Below, in pieces: positions 17,383 through 28,320 of a DNA stretch of 64,000 nt. The position numbers were made by a program, and so were the translations under genes. This DNA is from Escherichia coli (lineage in GTDB: Bacteria > Pseudomonadota > Gammaproteobacteria > Enterobacterales > Enterobacteriaceae): assembly GCF_017348835.2 (NCBI RefSeq), contig NZ_CP071375.1, one strand, 5' to 3'. Within the stretch, counting starts at the first letter, position 1. The number at the start of each line of letters is the position of its first letter. Under the pieces are notes generated by a model. That model saw only the letters and a list, made by a program, of their open reading frames with translations. It was not told the origin of the DNA and did not search any database.

Positions 17383-19521
17383 TTAACCTATCTGCCCATT
17401 CCCCAAATGTTTAACGCGGCGCTTAACTTCTTCCTGCTTACCGGCGTTAAACGGACGTGCATCCGGGCTACCTAAATATCCGCACACGCGGCGAGTTACC
17501 GACACACGGGAGGCGTCATGGTTACCACATTTCGGGCAAGTGAAGCCTTTGCTGGTGCACTCGAACTCACCGGTAAAGCCACACTCGTAGCACTCATCAA
17601 TCGGTGTATTGGTGCCGTAATACGGTACATGCTGATAGCTGTAATCCCAGACATCTTCCAGCGCTTTCAGGTTGTGCTGAATGTTTGGATACTCGCCGTA
17701 GCAAATGAAACCACCGTTCGCCAGCGGCGGGTAAGGCGCTTCAAAGTCGATCTTGTCGTACGGGTTCACCTTCTTCTCCACATCAAGGTGGAAACTGTTG
17801 GTGTAGTAACCTTTATCGGTCACGCCCGGCACCACGCCAAACTCAGCAGTATCGAGACGGCAGAAGCGGTCGCACAGGTTTTCACTCGGCGTGCTGTAGA
17901 GACTGAAACCATAACCCGTTTCTTCTTTCCACTGATCCACTGCCTGACGCAGACGTTCAACAATCGCGATACCTTTCGCGCGGAGCTGCTCGTTGTCGTA
18001 AACATGCTCGCCGCCGAACAGCGCGTTAATGGTTTCGTGGATGCCGATGTAACCCAGCGAAATAGACGCACGACCGTTTTTGAAGATTTCAGAAACATCA
18101 TCGTCAGCATTCAGACGCACGCCACAAGCACCTTCCATATAAAGGATCGGGGCCACGCGCGCTTTCACGCCTTCCAGACGAGCGATACGGGTCATCAGCG
18201 CCTTACGTGCCAGCACCAGACGTTCATCCAGCAGCTTCCAGAAGGTGGCTTCATCGCCTTTTGCTTCCAGAGCAATACGCGGCAGGTTCAGGCTGATCAC
18301 GCCGAGGTTGTTACGACCATCGTGGATCTGCTCGCCGTTTTCATTTTCCCACACGCCGAGGAAGCTGCGGCAGCCCATCGGGGTTTTAAACGAACCGGTG
18401 ACTTTCACTACCTGATCGTAGTTCAGGATATCCGGATACATGCGCTTGCTTGCGCACTCCAGCGCCAGCTGTTTGATGTCGTAGTTCGGATCGCCTTTTT
18501 TATGGTTCAGACCATCGCGAATCGCAAACACCAGTTTCGGGAACACCGCAGTTTTACGGTTTTTACCGAGACCTGCGATACGGTTACGCAGGATAGATTC
18601 CTGAATCAGGCGCGATTCCCAGCTGGTGCCCAGACCAAAACCAAAAGTTACAAACGGCGTTTGACCGTTGGCGGTATGCAGGGTGTTTACTTCGTACTCC
18701 AGCGACTGGAAGGCATCGTAGCACTCTTTAATGGTACGAGAGTTAGCGTAGCCTTCTGCGTCCGGGATGCTCCACTCTTCTGCGGTCTTGCGATGTTTGT
18801 TGTAGCTGGCGGTGACAAACGGTGCCAGCACTTCATCGATACGGTTAATGGTGGTGCCGCCATAAATATGGCTGGCAACCTGAGCAATAATCTGCGCAGT
18901 TACCGCGGTTGCCGTTGAGATCGACTTCGGCGGTTCAATCTCGGCGTTCCCCATTTTAAAGCCCTGGGTCAGCATGCCTTTCAGGTCGATCAACATGCAG
19001 TTGAACATCGGGAAAAACGGTGAGTAATCGAGATCGTGATAGTGAATATCGCCACGCTCATGTGCCTGCACCACGTCACGCGGCAGCAGGTGCTGACGTG
19101 CATAGTGTTTAGCCACGATCCCGGCCAGCAGGTCGCGCTGGGTTGGAATCACCTTGCTGTCTTTGTTGGCGTTTTCGTTGAGTAACGAGGCGTTGGTCTG
19201 CTCGACCAGACCACGGATCTCCTGGTTCAGGCGACCGCGTTTTTCACGTTCAATGTCGCGATCGTGACGGTACTCGATGTAAGCGCGAGCCAGTTGTTTG
19301 TATGGACCCGACATCAGCTGGTTTTCAACTGCGGTCTGGATCTCGTTGATATCCACCTGGTTGCGGCCCTGCATCTGCTCGCTGACAACCGCGGCAACAG
19401 TGGCGCAATAATCGGCATCATCGACTTCCGCTGCTTTAGCTGCACGCAGAATCGCTTCTTTGATGCGCTCTGATTTAAACGGCACTTTGCAGCCGTCTCG
19501 TTTCATCACATGCGGTGTCAT
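17383..19521 (-). CDS. nrdD: Anaerobic ribonucleoside-triphosphate reductase
   Basis: 712-aa ORF ending in the glycyl-radical region (RVCGYLG) and carrying a C-terminal Cys cluster. Confidence 0.95.
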   Translation of the reverse strand: MTPHVMKRDGCKVPFKSERIKEAILRAAKAAEVDDADYCATVAAVVSEQMQGRNQVDINEIQTAVENQLMSGPYKQLARAYIEYRHDRDIEREKRGRLNQEIRGLVEQTNASLLNENANKDSKVIPTQRDLLAGIVAKHYARQHLLPRDVVQAHERGDIHYHDLDYSPFFPMFNCMLIDLKGMLTQGFKMGNAEIEPPKSISTATAVTAQIIAQVASHIYGGTTINRIDEVLAPFVTASYNKHRKTAEEWSIPDAEGYANSRTIKECYDAFQSLEYEVNTLHTANGQTPFVTFGFGLGTSWESRLIQESILRNRIAGLGKNRKTAVFPKLVFAIRDGLNHKKGDPNYDIKQLALECASKRMYPDILNYDQVVKVTGSFKTPMGCRSFLGVWENENGEQIHDGRNNLGVISLNLPRIALEAKGDEATFWKLLDERLVLARKALMTRIARLEGVKARVAPILYMEGACGVRLNADDDVSEIFKNGRASISLGYIGIHETINALFGGEHVYDNEQLRAKGIAIVERLRQAVDQWKEETGYGFSLYSTPSENLCDRFCRLDTAEFGVVPGVTDKGYYTNSFHLDVEKKVNPYDKIDFEAPYPPLANGGFICYGEYPNIQHNLKALEDVWDYSYQHVPYYGTNTPIDECYECGFTGEFECTSKGFTCPKCGNHDASRVSVTRRVCGYLGSPDARPFNAGKQEEVKRRVKHLGNGQIG

Positions 19522-19756
19522 GATCGCTCCATATTTTTAAGAACAGGTTATCCACAGAAATTGGGAAAGGCGTTTTCCGGTTTTTTCGTTTCGTTTTCCG
19601 GTGCTTTCCGCAATCGCCATCCGCTTATCCACAACGCCGCACCTTTTTCGTGGGGAGCTGTAGTAGCAATTATAGTCGATTAATACAACATATTGGGTTG
19701 GGACGCATTTTAAAGTCTATATATAGTGCTTTGCATCAAGGATGTTTTAACTTTTT

Positions 19757-19770
19757 TTGATGTAGCTCAA
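19757..19770. promoter_or_regulatory. FNR-like site (TTGAT-N4-nTCAA) upstream of nrdD
   Basis: ttgatgtagctcaa in the nrdD upstream region; nrdDG is known to be FNR-activated. Assignment by motif only. Confidence 0.35.
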
Positions 19771-19914
19771 AGTAAAAAGCAGAGCGTACGGATGACGGGC
19801 GCTACAGCGTTATGTAAATTTTTTAATGAATTTGCTGGTTGAAAAATCAACAAAAACAACATGCTGACAGACAAAACCCCGGAATGACCGGCATTACCGG
19901 GGCTTAGGGAAGAT

Positions 19915-21570
19915 TTACTTCTGTAACCACCAGACAGCCTCAAAAGGCCGTAAATTCATGGCACAGGGTTGTGGTGAGGCTTCTTCGTAGTTATGCATCA
20001 CAAGCTGCCAGTTGCCGCGCATTTGCCCTGGCTGCCAGGGTTGGATCTCACGGCTAAGGTTGGCAATGACCAGCAAGGTTTGCCCCTTCCATTCACGGCG
20101 ATAGCACCACAATACAGGGCTGTTTGGCAGCAGATCCTGGTAATTGCCCCATGTCAGGATGGCTTCTTGCTTACGCAGTGCGATTAACTTTTGGTAGGTG
20201 TAAAATACCGAGGACTCATCGGCCAGCGCGGCTTCTACGTTGATTTGTTGATAGTTATCGCCCAGGCCAATCCACGGTTCGCCAGCCGTAAACCCGGCAT
20301 TATCGCCGTTGCTCCATTGCATGGGCGTGCGGCTGTTGTCACGGGATTTACTGGCGAGGATTGCCAATAACTCGTCGGCATCACGACCATCGTTGCGCAG
20401 CTCGGCAAACATATTGAGGCTCTCCACGTCGCGATAGTCAGTAATGCGCGTGAAATGCGGGTTGGTCATGCCAATCTCTTCGCCCTGGTAGATATACGGC
20501 GTTCCCTGCATGCCATGCAGCACCATCGCCAGCATTTTTGCCGCAGGCACGCGGTATTCACCTTCATCACCAAAGCGAGAAATAATGCGCGGCTGATCGT
20601 GGTTACACCAGAACAAGGCATTCCATGCCACGTTGTGCATTCCTTGTTGCCAGTGGCGGAACAATGTTTTCAACGCCACAAAGTCAGGTTTAGCCAGCGT
20701 CCATTTTTCACCACCGGGATAATCGACCTTCAGGTGATGAAAATTAAAGGTCATCGACAATTCACTGCCTGTCAGTGCCGCGTATCGCTGGCAATGCTCA
20801 AGGCTGGTGGAGGACATTTCACCTACGGTCATTAACCCGCGTGGCGTAAACACATCGCGGTTCATCTCGTGCAAAAACTCGTGTGCTCGTGGCCCGTCGG
20901 TGTAGAAGCGACGCCCGTCGCCATCCAGGTCATCAGGGAAACGTGGGTCTTTGGAGATCAGATTCACCACATCCAGGCGCAACCCGTCGACCCCACGATC
21001 GGCCCAGAACTCACAGACTTTTTTCAGCTCTGCGCGTACCGCTGGATTCTCCCAGTTGAGATCCGCCTGCTCTGGTGCAAAGAGATGCAAATAGTACTGT
21101 TCGCTTTCCGCATGCCAGCGCCACGCACTACCGCCAAATTTTGAACGCCAGTTGTTCGGTGGCGTTTCTGGTTCGCCATCGCGCCAGATATAAAACTGGC
21201 GGTAAGGGCTTTCTTTGTTCAGCGCCTCGCGAAACCAGGCATGTTGGGTAGAGGTATGGTTAAACACCATATCGAGAATGATACGAATCCCGCGCGATTT
21301 TGCCTGCGTCACCAGTTCGTCAAAATCGTCCAGCGTGCCGTAAGTGGGATCAATCGCCGTATAGTTCGCTACGTCGTAACCGTTATCGACCTGGGGAGAG
21401 ACATAAAAGGGGGTTAGCCAGATGGCATCAACGCCCAGTTTATGCAGATAGCCCAGGCGTTGGATAACGCCACGTAAATCGCCGGTGCCGCTACCCGTGG
21501 TGTCCTGAAAACTCTTTGGATAAATCTGGTAGATAACGCCGTTTTGCCACCAGTGGGGAAGATTAGTCAT
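19915..21570 (-). CDS. treC: Trehalose-6-phosphate hydrolase
   Basis: Internal Met start (MTNLPHWWQNGVIYQIYPKSF...) gives 551 aa, the size of TreC; glycoside hydrolase family 13 motifs. Confidence 0.9.
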   Translation of the reverse strand: MTNLPHWWQNGVIYQIYPKSFQDTTGSGTGDLRGVIQRLGYLHKLGVDAIWLTPFYVSPQVDNGYDVANYTAIDPTYGTLDDFDELVTQAKSRGIRIILDMVFNHTSTQHAWFREALNKESPYRQFYIWRDGEPETPPNNWRSKFGGSAWRWHAESEQYYLHLFAPEQADLNWENPAVRAELKKVCEFWADRGVDGLRLDVVNLISKDPRFPDDLDGDGRRFYTDGPRAHEFLHEMNRDVFTPRGLMTVGEMSSTSLEHCQRYAALTGSELSMTFNFHHLKVDYPGGEKWTLAKPDFVALKTLFRHWQQGMHNVAWNALFWCNHDQPRIISRFGDEGEYRVPAAKMLAMVLHGMQGTPYIYQGEEIGMTNPHFTRITDYRDVESLNMFAELRNDGRDADELLAILASKSRDNSRTPMQWSNGDNAGFTAGEPWIGLGDNYQQINVEAALADESSVFYTYQKLIALRKQEAILTWGNYQDLLPNSPVLWCYRREWKGQTLLVIANLSREIQPWQPGQMRGNWQLVMHNYEEASPQPCAMNLRPFEAVWWLQK

Positions 21571-21619
21571 TACGTTATTCCTGCAAATGCGAGAGGGCGC
21601 AATTGCGCCCCGAAGAAAA

Positions 21620-23041
21620 TTAAACAATGTCCAGCGTGCCCAGGCGGTATTTCCGCTGATAGATAAACGAGGTGAGTACAATCGGGATGATGATGGCGAT
21701 AGCCATTGCCAGCGCAAACACCTGCCAGTAGCTCGGTTGAATCGAGAGAATTCCCGGCAGGCCGCCTACGCCGATACCATTCGCCATAACGCCGTTCAGG
21801 CCGCATAGCAATCCTGCCAGACCAGAACCAATCATCGCGCACAGCATCGGGAAGCGATATTTCAGGTTGATGCCGTACATTGCAGGCTCAGTGACCCCAA
21901 GCCAGGCGGAGATAGCGGCAGGCACGGAGATCTCGCGCTCATTGTGCTTGCGGCTGGAAATGATAATGCCTATTACGGCGGAGCCCTGAGCGATATTCGA
22001 CAGCGCAATCAGCGGCCACACTGGCGTGCCACCCATGCTTTGAATCATCTGCAAATCAATAGCAAGGGTGGTCTGGTGTACGCCGGTGATCACCAGCGGC
22101 GCGTACAGGAAGCCAAACAATGCCGCACCAATCGGAGCAAAGCTGCCGGTCATCAGGTGACGTACCGCAAAGGCAACGCCATCGCCAATCATGCGACCAA
22201 ACGGACCAATCAGCGCATGGGCGAGGAACACCGCGAGGATCAGCGAACAGACGGGTACCACCACCAGATAGAGGTAATCCGGCACGATGCGTTTAAGGCG
22301 AGTTTCAATAACGCCCAGCGCCAGTCCGGCTAACAGTGCCGGGATCACCTGCGCCTGATAGCCTACTTTGGCGATGCTGAACATGCCAAAGTCCCACACT
22401 TCCGGCAGCTGCTGCCCGAGCAGATAAGCGTTCATCAGCTGTGGAGAAACCAGTGTCACGCCAAGCACGATACCAAGGATCGGCGTGCCGCCCATTTTTT
22501 TCACCGCTGACCAGCAAATACCGACCGGCAGGTAGAAGAAGATCGCTTCACCGATCAACCACAGAAAATCGTAGATCGTTTGCAGGGAAGGGTACATTTG
22601 CGCCAGCGTCTGACCGTTGCTCATGGGCAAATCGCCGATCACATTGCGAAAACCGAGGATCAAACCGCCGCTGATCAACGCGGGCAGCAACGGGAAGAAG
22701 ATCTCCGCGAAATGAGAGATCAACTGCTCATGCCATTTCATATTCTGCCGGGCGGCTTTTTTTACCTGCTCTTTATCAACCTGCGCCTGTCCGGTTGACG
22801 CTATTAGTGCTTGATAGTAATCACCCACATTGGTGCCAATCACCACCTGAAATTGCCCGGCATTGGTGAAACAGCCTTTCACCATGGGGAGTTGCTCAAT
22901 TTCTTTCGGTCTGGCATTGGCCGGTTGGTTGAGGACAAAGCGCAGGCGAGTAATACAGTGGCTCACCGTCGCAATATTGCCGCGCCCGCCGACCAGTTCA
23001 ATCAACCGATCGATATCCGTTTGGTTTATTTTGCTCATCAT
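21620..23041 (-). CDS. treB: PTS trehalose-specific EIIBC component
   Basis: 473-aa ORF with PTS EIIB cysteine motif near the N terminus (HCITRLRF) and a polytopic C-terminal domain. Confidence 0.9.
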   Translation of the reverse strand: MMSKINQTDIDRLIELVGGRGNIATVSHCITRLRFVLNQPANARPKEIEQLPMVKGCFTNAGQFQVVIGTNVGDYYQALIASTGQAQVDKEQVKKAARQNMKWHEQLISHFAEIFFPLLPALISGGLILGFRNVIGDLPMSNGQTLAQMYPSLQTIYDFLWLIGEAIFFYLPVGICWSAVKKMGGTPILGIVLGVTLVSPQLMNAYLLGQQLPEVWDFGMFSIAKVGYQAQVIPALLAGLALGVIETRLKRIVPDYLYLVVVPVCSLILAVFLAHALIGPFGRMIGDGVAFAVRHLMTGSFAPIGAALFGFLYAPLVITGVHQTTLAIDLQMIQSMGGTPVWPLIALSNIAQGSAVIGIIISSRKHNEREISVPAAISAWLGVTEPAMYGINLKYRFPMLCAMIGSGLAGLLCGLNGVMANGIGVGGLPGILSIQPSYWQVFALAMAIAIIIPIVLTSFIYQRKYRLGTLDIV

Positions 23042-23159
23042 AAAGCCCCATGGCAGATGACATTTTTGGTTGGCTGCAGAATATATTGCGCGGAAAAATT
23101 TAAAAACGGGAACGTTCCCGAAACGCAGCGAAGATCACAATTTATCGTTCAGGAAACGA

Positions 23160-24107
23160 TCAGGACAGGGTGGCGGGGATGATGATTTGTTGCGGTTCGC
23201 TGCGCCCGGTTACCTGTGCGATCAATTGGCAGGCCGCCTGGCGTCCAGCTTCGGCGTAACCGGGATCTACGGTGACGATCTCCGGATGGAGGAATTTCAT
23301 TAACGGTGTATTACCGACGCTCGCCAGTTGCAAGGTGTCGATGCGTTGCTCTTGCAGGTATTTACTTGCGCCAAGTGCCAGCGTGTCGGTTGCGCACAGT
23401 AACGCAGTAGTTTCAGGCGTAATCACTTTTGCCACGTTCTCATAGCCTTGCTTCATAGCAAGCCCTGGCAGAGCGGCAACGGGATGCAGTTTATGCGCTT
23501 TGCAGAACGCCAGGTAGGCTTCGTGACGTCGCTTACCGGTTGTCACGTCACTATGCGGCACGCCGAGATAACTGATATTACGATGCCCCTGGTCATACAG
23601 CCGTTGCATCAGGATCTTGATTGCCCCTTCGTCGTCATAACAGACCGAAGCAAAGCCTTTTGCGTTACGCGCCAGCAGAACCAGCGATGACTGCCAGTGG
23701 GCTAACATTTCTTCTGTTATGCCAGTAAAACCGAACAGCACTACGCCGTCGATATTACGCCGTTTCAGCACCCCCAAATGTTCGGCAACTAATTGTGGGG
23801 AAAACTGACTTTCCATCATGATTGGGTCGTAACCTTGTTCATAGAACGCTGGCAGCATGGTTTGAACGGCGAGATTTTCTGACAACGAATCCAGACGGGT
23901 AACAATGATGGCGACCACTTTATCGCTTTGCCCACGCATAGCGCGCGCAGAGCGGGAAGGGGAAAATCCATGCTGATTCATCACTGCTTCAACACGCTCG
24001 CGGGTGCGCTGGCTCACGCCGCTTTCGTTATTCAGCACCCGGGAAACTGTAGATTTCCCCACGCCGCTTAAGCGTGCGATGTCTTTGATGGTCAGCCGAT
24101 TTTGCAT
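23160..24107 (-). CDS. treR: Trehalose operon repressor (LacI family)
   Basis: 315-aa ORF with N-terminal helix-turn-helix (MQNRLTIKDIARLSGVGKSTVSRVLN). Confidence 0.9.
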   Translation of the reverse strand: MQNRLTIKDIARLSGVGKSTVSRVLNNESGVSQRTRERVEAVMNQHGFSPSRSARAMRGQSDKVVAIIVTRLDSLSENLAVQTMLPAFYEQGYDPIMMESQFSPQLVAEHLGVLKRRNIDGVVLFGFTGITEEMLAHWQSSLVLLARNAKGFASVCYDDEGAIKILMQRLYDQGHRNISYLGVPHSDVTTGKRRHEAYLAFCKAHKLHPVAALPGLAMKQGYENVAKVITPETTALLCATDTLALGASKYLQEQRIDTLQLASVGNTPLMKFLHPEIVTVDPGYAEAGRQAACQLIAQVTGRSEPQQIIIPATLS

Positions 24108-24149
24108 CCTGTTGTCCTGTAACGTGTTGTTTAATTATTTGAGCCTAAC

Positions 24150-24485
24150 TTTACCCGTGCATTCAGCAATGGGTAAAGTCTGGTTTATCGTTGGTTTAGT
24201 TGCCAGCAGGTATTATATCGCCATAGATGCTACGAATATTATTGGATTCTCCTTATTATTTGCGGCGCTTTTTTCACTTACCGGAGGTTATATGGAACCT
24301 GATCCCACGCCTCTCCCTCGACGGAGATTAAAACTTTTCCGGTAAGCCCGTCTTTTCACGGCGTTACCGGATGCGTAAGGCCGTGACGTTTTAACGTCCC
24401 TGCTCAGCTTTATTACCTTCAGGTAAGGCTTCGCCACGCCTGAAGACATTTCTGTACTGTTTCAGACAGTGCGGAGGGACTCCTT
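24150..24485 (+). promoter_or_regulatory. mgtA leader region (Mg2+-responsive leader containing mgtL)
   Basis: Long untranslated leader upstream of mgtA containing the proline-rich short ORF mgtL; established regulation of mgtA in enterobacteria. Confidence 0.5.
24292..24345 (+). CDS. mgtL: mgtA leader peptide MgtL (17 aa, [17 protein letters not shown])
   Basis: Only the last 17 codons of track ORF 24004..24345 correspond to the known proline-rich leader peptide. Confidence 0.7.
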
Positions 24486-27182
24486 ATGTTTAAAGAAATT
24501 TTTACCCGGCTCATTCGCCATTTACCTTCCCGTCTGGTTCATCGCGATCCATTGCCTGGCGCGCAGCAGACAGTGAATACGGCGGTCCCGCCGTCCTTAA
24601 GTGCGCATTGCCTGAAAATGGCGGTGATGCCCGAAGAAGAATTATGGAAAACGTTCGACACCCATCCGGAAGGGTTAAATCAGGCGGAAGTGGAATCTGC
24701 CCGCGAACAACATGGTGAAAATAAATTACCCGCACAACAACCGTCGCCGTGGTGGGTACATTTATGGGTCTGCTATCGCAACCCATTTAATATTTTACTC
24801 ACCATTCTCGGCGCTATTTCTTACGCCACGGAAGATTTATTTGCCGCGGGCGTTATCGCGCTAATGGTCGCTATTTCTACGTTGCTGAACTTTATTCAGG
24901 AAGCACGTTCCACTAAAGCGGCAGATGCCCTGAAAGCGATGGTCAGCAATACTGCGACGGTGCTGCGCGTAATTAACGACAAAGGCGAAAATGGCTGGCT
25001 GGAGATCCCGATCGACCAGCTGGTGCCCGGCGATATTATAAAACTGGCGGCGGGGGATATGATCCCGGCAGATTTACGTATCTTGCAGGCGCGGGATCTG
25101 TTCGTCGCTCAGGCGTCGTTAACCGGTGAGTCTCTGCCCGTAGAAAAAGCAGCTACCACTCGCCAGCCGGAGCACAGCAATCCGCTGGAGTGCGACACCC
25201 TGTGTTTTATGGGCACCACCGTGGTGAGCGGCACGGCACAAGCAATGGTGATTGCTACAGGTGCCAATACCTGGTTTGGTCAACTGGCGGGGCGTGTTAG
25301 TGAGCAGGAAAGCGAGCCGAATGCCTTTCAGCAAGGGATCAGCCGCGTCAGTATGCTGCTGATTCGCTTTATGCTGGTGATGGCTCCGGTGGTGCTGTTA
25401 ATCAATGGTTACACCAAAGGCGACTGGTGGGAAGCGGCACTGTTTGCGCTTTCGGTCGCGGTAGGCTTAACGCCGGAAATGTTGCCGATGATTGTTACCT
25501 CGACGCTGGCGCGCGGCGCAGTAAAGCTGTCGAAACAGAAAGTGATCGTCAAACATCTGGATGCTATTCAGAACTTTGGCGCAATGGATATTCTGTGCAC
25601 TGATAAAACTGGCACCCTGACACAGGACAAAATTGTGCTGGAGAATCATACCGATATCTCCGGTAAAACCAGCGAACGCGTGCTGCATAGCGCGTGGTTG
25701 AACAGTCATTATCAGACCGGACTTAAAAACCTGCTCGATACAGCGGTGCTCGAAGGTACGGATGAAGAGTCAGCGCGCTCGCTGGCCAGTCGTTGGCAAA
25801 AAATCGATGAGATTCCGTTTGATTTCGAGCGTCGCCGGATGTCGGTGGTAGTGGCAGAAAATACCGAGCACCATCAGCTGGTTTGCAAAGGTGCATTGCA
25901 GGAAATCCTCAATGTGTGTTCGCAGGTGCGTCACAATGGCGAGATTGTGCCGCTCGATGACATCATGCTGCGTAAGATTAAGCGGGTTACTGATACGCTG
26001 AATCGTCAGGGGCTGCGCGTGGTTGCGGTGGCGACGAAATACCTGCCAGCGCGTGAAGGAGATTACCAGCGGGCGGATGAATCCGACCTGATCCTCGAAG
26101 GATATATTGCTTTCCTTGATCCGCCAAAAGAGACAACTGCTCCGGCACTGAAGGCATTAAAAGCGAGTGGAATTACCGTAAAAATCCTTACTGGCGACAG
26201 TGAGTTAGTTGCAGCGAAAGTGTGCCATGAAGTGGGGCTGGACGCGGGAGAGGTGGTCATTGGTAGTGATATTGAAACGCTATCTGACGACGAACTGGCA
26301 AATCTCGCACAGCGCACCACGCTGTTTGCTCGTCTGACGCCGATGCATAAAGAACGCATTGTGACCTTACTGAAGCGCGAAGGGCATGTGGTTGGCTTTA
26401 TGGGCGATGGTATTAATGATGCGCCCGCCTTACGCGCTGCGGATATCGGCATTTCTGTGGACGGCGCGGTAGATATTGCCCGTGAAGCGGCTGATATCAT
26501 CCTGCTGGAAAAAAGCCTGATGGTGCTGGAAGAGGGGGTTATTGAAGGACGTCGCACTTTCGCCAACATGCTGAAATACATCAAAATGACGGCGAGCTCC
26601 AACTTCGGTAATGTGTTCAGCGTGCTGGTGGCGAGTGCTTTCTTGCCCTTCCTGCCGATGTTGCCGTTACACTTGCTTATTCAGAACCTGCTGTATGATG
26701 TGTCACAGGTGGCGATCCCGTTTGATAACGTCGACGACGAGCAAATTCAAAAGCCGCAGCGTTGGAACCCGGCGGATCTGGGGCGCTTTATGATCTTCTT
26801 CGGACCGATCAGCTCGATCTTCGATATTCTGACGTTTTGCCTGATGTGGTGGGTATTCCATGCCAACACGCCGGAAACGCAAACGCTGTTCCAGTCGGGA
26901 TGGTTTGTGGTGGGCTTACTGTCGCAAACGCTGATTGTGCATATGATCCGCACCCGCCGTGTGCCGTTTATTCAGAGCTGTGCATCGTGGCCGTTAATGA
27001 TCATGACCGTGATCGTGATGATTGTCGGGATCGCATTGCCGTTTTCACCGCTGGCCAGTTATCTGCAGCTGCAGGCGCTGCCGTTAAGCTATTTCCCGTG
27101 GCTGGTTGCGATTCTGGCAGGGTATATGACATTAACCCAGTTGGTGAAAGGGTTCTATAGCCGTCGTTACGGCTGGCAATAA
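24486..27182 (+). CDS. mgtA: Mg2+-importing P-type ATPase
   Basis: 898-aa ORF with the P-type ATPase phosphorylation motif (CTDKTGTLT) and GDGINDAPAL motif. Confidence 0.95.
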   Translation: MFKEIFTRLIRHLPSRLVHRDPLPGAQQTVNTAVPPSLSAHCLKMAVMPEEELWKTFDTHPEGLNQAEVESAREQHGENKLPAQQPSPWWVHLWVCYRNPFNILLTILGAISYATEDLFAAGVIALMVAISTLLNFIQEARSTKAADALKAMVSNTATVLRVINDKGENGWLEIPIDQLVPGDIIKLAAGDMIPADLRILQARDLFVAQASLTGESLPVEKAATTRQPEHSNPLECDTLCFMGTTVVSGTAQAMVIATGANTWFGQLAGRVSEQESEPNAFQQGISRVSMLLIRFMLVMAPVVLLINGYTKGDWWEAALFALSVAVGLTPEMLPMIVTSTLARGAVKLSKQKVIVKHLDAIQNFGAMDILCTDKTGTLTQDKIVLENHTDISGKTSERVLHSAWLNSHYQTGLKNLLDTAVLEGTDEESARSLASRWQKIDEIPFDFERRRMSVVVAENTEHHQLVCKGALQEILNVCSQVRHNGEIVPLDDIMLRKIKRVTDTLNRQGLRVVAVATKYLPAREGDYQRADESDLILEGYIAFLDPPKETTAPALKALKASGITVKILTGDSELVAAKVCHEVGLDAGEVVIGSDIETLSDDELANLAQRTTLFARLTPMHKERIVTLLKREGHVVGFMGDGINDAPALRAADIGISVDGAVDIAREAADIILLEKSLMVLEEGVIEGRRTFANMLKYIKMTASSNFGNVFSVLVASAFLPFLPMLPLHLLIQNLLYDVSQVAIPFDNVDDEQIQKPQRWNPADLGRFMIFFGPISSIFDILTFCLMWWVFHANTPETQTLFQSGWFVVGLLSQTLIVHMIRTRRVPFIQSCASWPLMIMTVIVMIVGIALPFSPLASYLQLQALPLSYFPWLVAILAGYMTLTQLVKGFYSRRYGWQ

Positions 27183-27239
27183 AGAATAAACTGGGCACGA
27201 TAGCCCCGATTCAGATTGCAGACAAAGTAAGCTTTGTTC

Positions 27240-27335
27240 ATGCCGGATGCGGCGTAAATGCCTTATCCGGCCAACAAATTCAATAAATTGCAGGAATCAC
27301 GTAGGCCTGATAAGCGTAGCGCATCAGGCGATTTT
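27240..27335. repeat. REP elements between mgtA and ridA
   Basis: gccggatgcggcgtaaatgccttatccggcc and gtaggcctgataagcgtagcgcatcaggc REP cores. Confidence 0.55.
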
Positions 27336-27387
27336 GCGTTTGTCATCAGACTTAATCCGGGCATGATAGCCCGGATTTCCATCAAGA

Positions 27388-27774
27388 TTAGCGACGAACA
27401 GCGATCGCTTCGATCTCAATTTTCACGTCTTTCGGCAGACGGGCAACTTCAACGCAAGAACGTGCCGGGAAGGTGGCATTGTGTTCGGTGAAGAAGGCTT
27501 CGTAGGTAGCATTAACGGTTGCGAAGTCGTTCAGATCTTTCACAAACACGGTGGTTTTAACGATGTCGCCCACTTTCAGGCCTGCGGCTTCGACGATCGC
27601 TTTTACGTTATCCAGCGACTGACGTGCCTGTGCAGCGACGTCTGCCGGTACTTCGCCCGTTTTCGGATTTACCGGGATCTGGCCGGAGGTGATGATCATA
27701 TTGCCCAGATCAACGCCCTGTACGTAAGGACCGATAGCTGCCGGTGCATTTTCCGTCGCGATAGTTTTGCTCAT
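27388..27774 (-). CDS. ridA: Enamine/imine deaminase RidA (YjgF)
   Basis: Internal Met start (MSKTIATENAPAAIGPYVQGVDLG...) gives 128 aa matching RidA; the 152-aa track ORF is over-extended. Confidence 0.9.
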   Translation of the reverse strand: MSKTIATENAPAAIGPYVQGVDLGNMIITSGQIPVNPKTGEVPADVAAQARQSLDNVKAIVEAAGLKVGDIVKTTVFVKDLNDFATVNATYEAFFTEHNATFPARSCVEVARLPKDVKIEIEAIAVRR

Positions 27775-27846
27775 GATTTCTCCTTTATTACAGCGGTAAA
27801 AAGTCTGGCTCATTATAGGGAGCCAGACTTTTATTACCAACCGCAA

Positions 27847-28308
27847 TTAATTGGCCAGCACCACATTATGGGAAAACTCTTTTTCACAGTATTTGCATTT
27901 GAGCGCGATGTCATTGGCGCGTTTTCGCACGGCAAAGCTGGAAGAAACCGGTTCGGCATGGCTGATACAGTTGCTGTTCGGGCAGACCAGCACATTGTCG
28001 ATGCGCTCTGGCAGACTGGGGCGCGATTTACCCACCACTTCATAGTTGTCGATACGGTTAACCGTGGCTTGCGGCGCATACAATGCCAGTTGATCTACCT
28101 GATCTTCACTCAAAAAGGTATTTTCGATTTTGATCAGATCTTTGCGGCCCATCTCGCCAGAAGGCAGGTTCAGACCGATGGTGATGCGCTGATCCGTTTC
28201 GGTCAGCTTGAACAGACTCAACAGCTTAAAACCGATCTGGGCGGGGATATGGTCAATTACCGTGCCGCGTTTAATAGCTTCAACCTGCAATTTATTATCG
28301 TGTGTCAT
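27847..28308 (-). CDS. pyrI: Aspartate carbamoyltransferase regulatory subunit
   Basis: 153-aa ORF ([30 protein letters not shown]...) with C-terminal zinc-binding cysteines. Confidence 0.95.
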
Positions 28309-28320
28309 CTCTATTTCCCC

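Noticed and set aside
24004-24345. 113-codon ORF upstream of mgtA
   Set aside because: Only its last 17 codons (mgtL) are a known translated leader peptide; the upstream part overlaps the treR start region in another frame and has no start signal.
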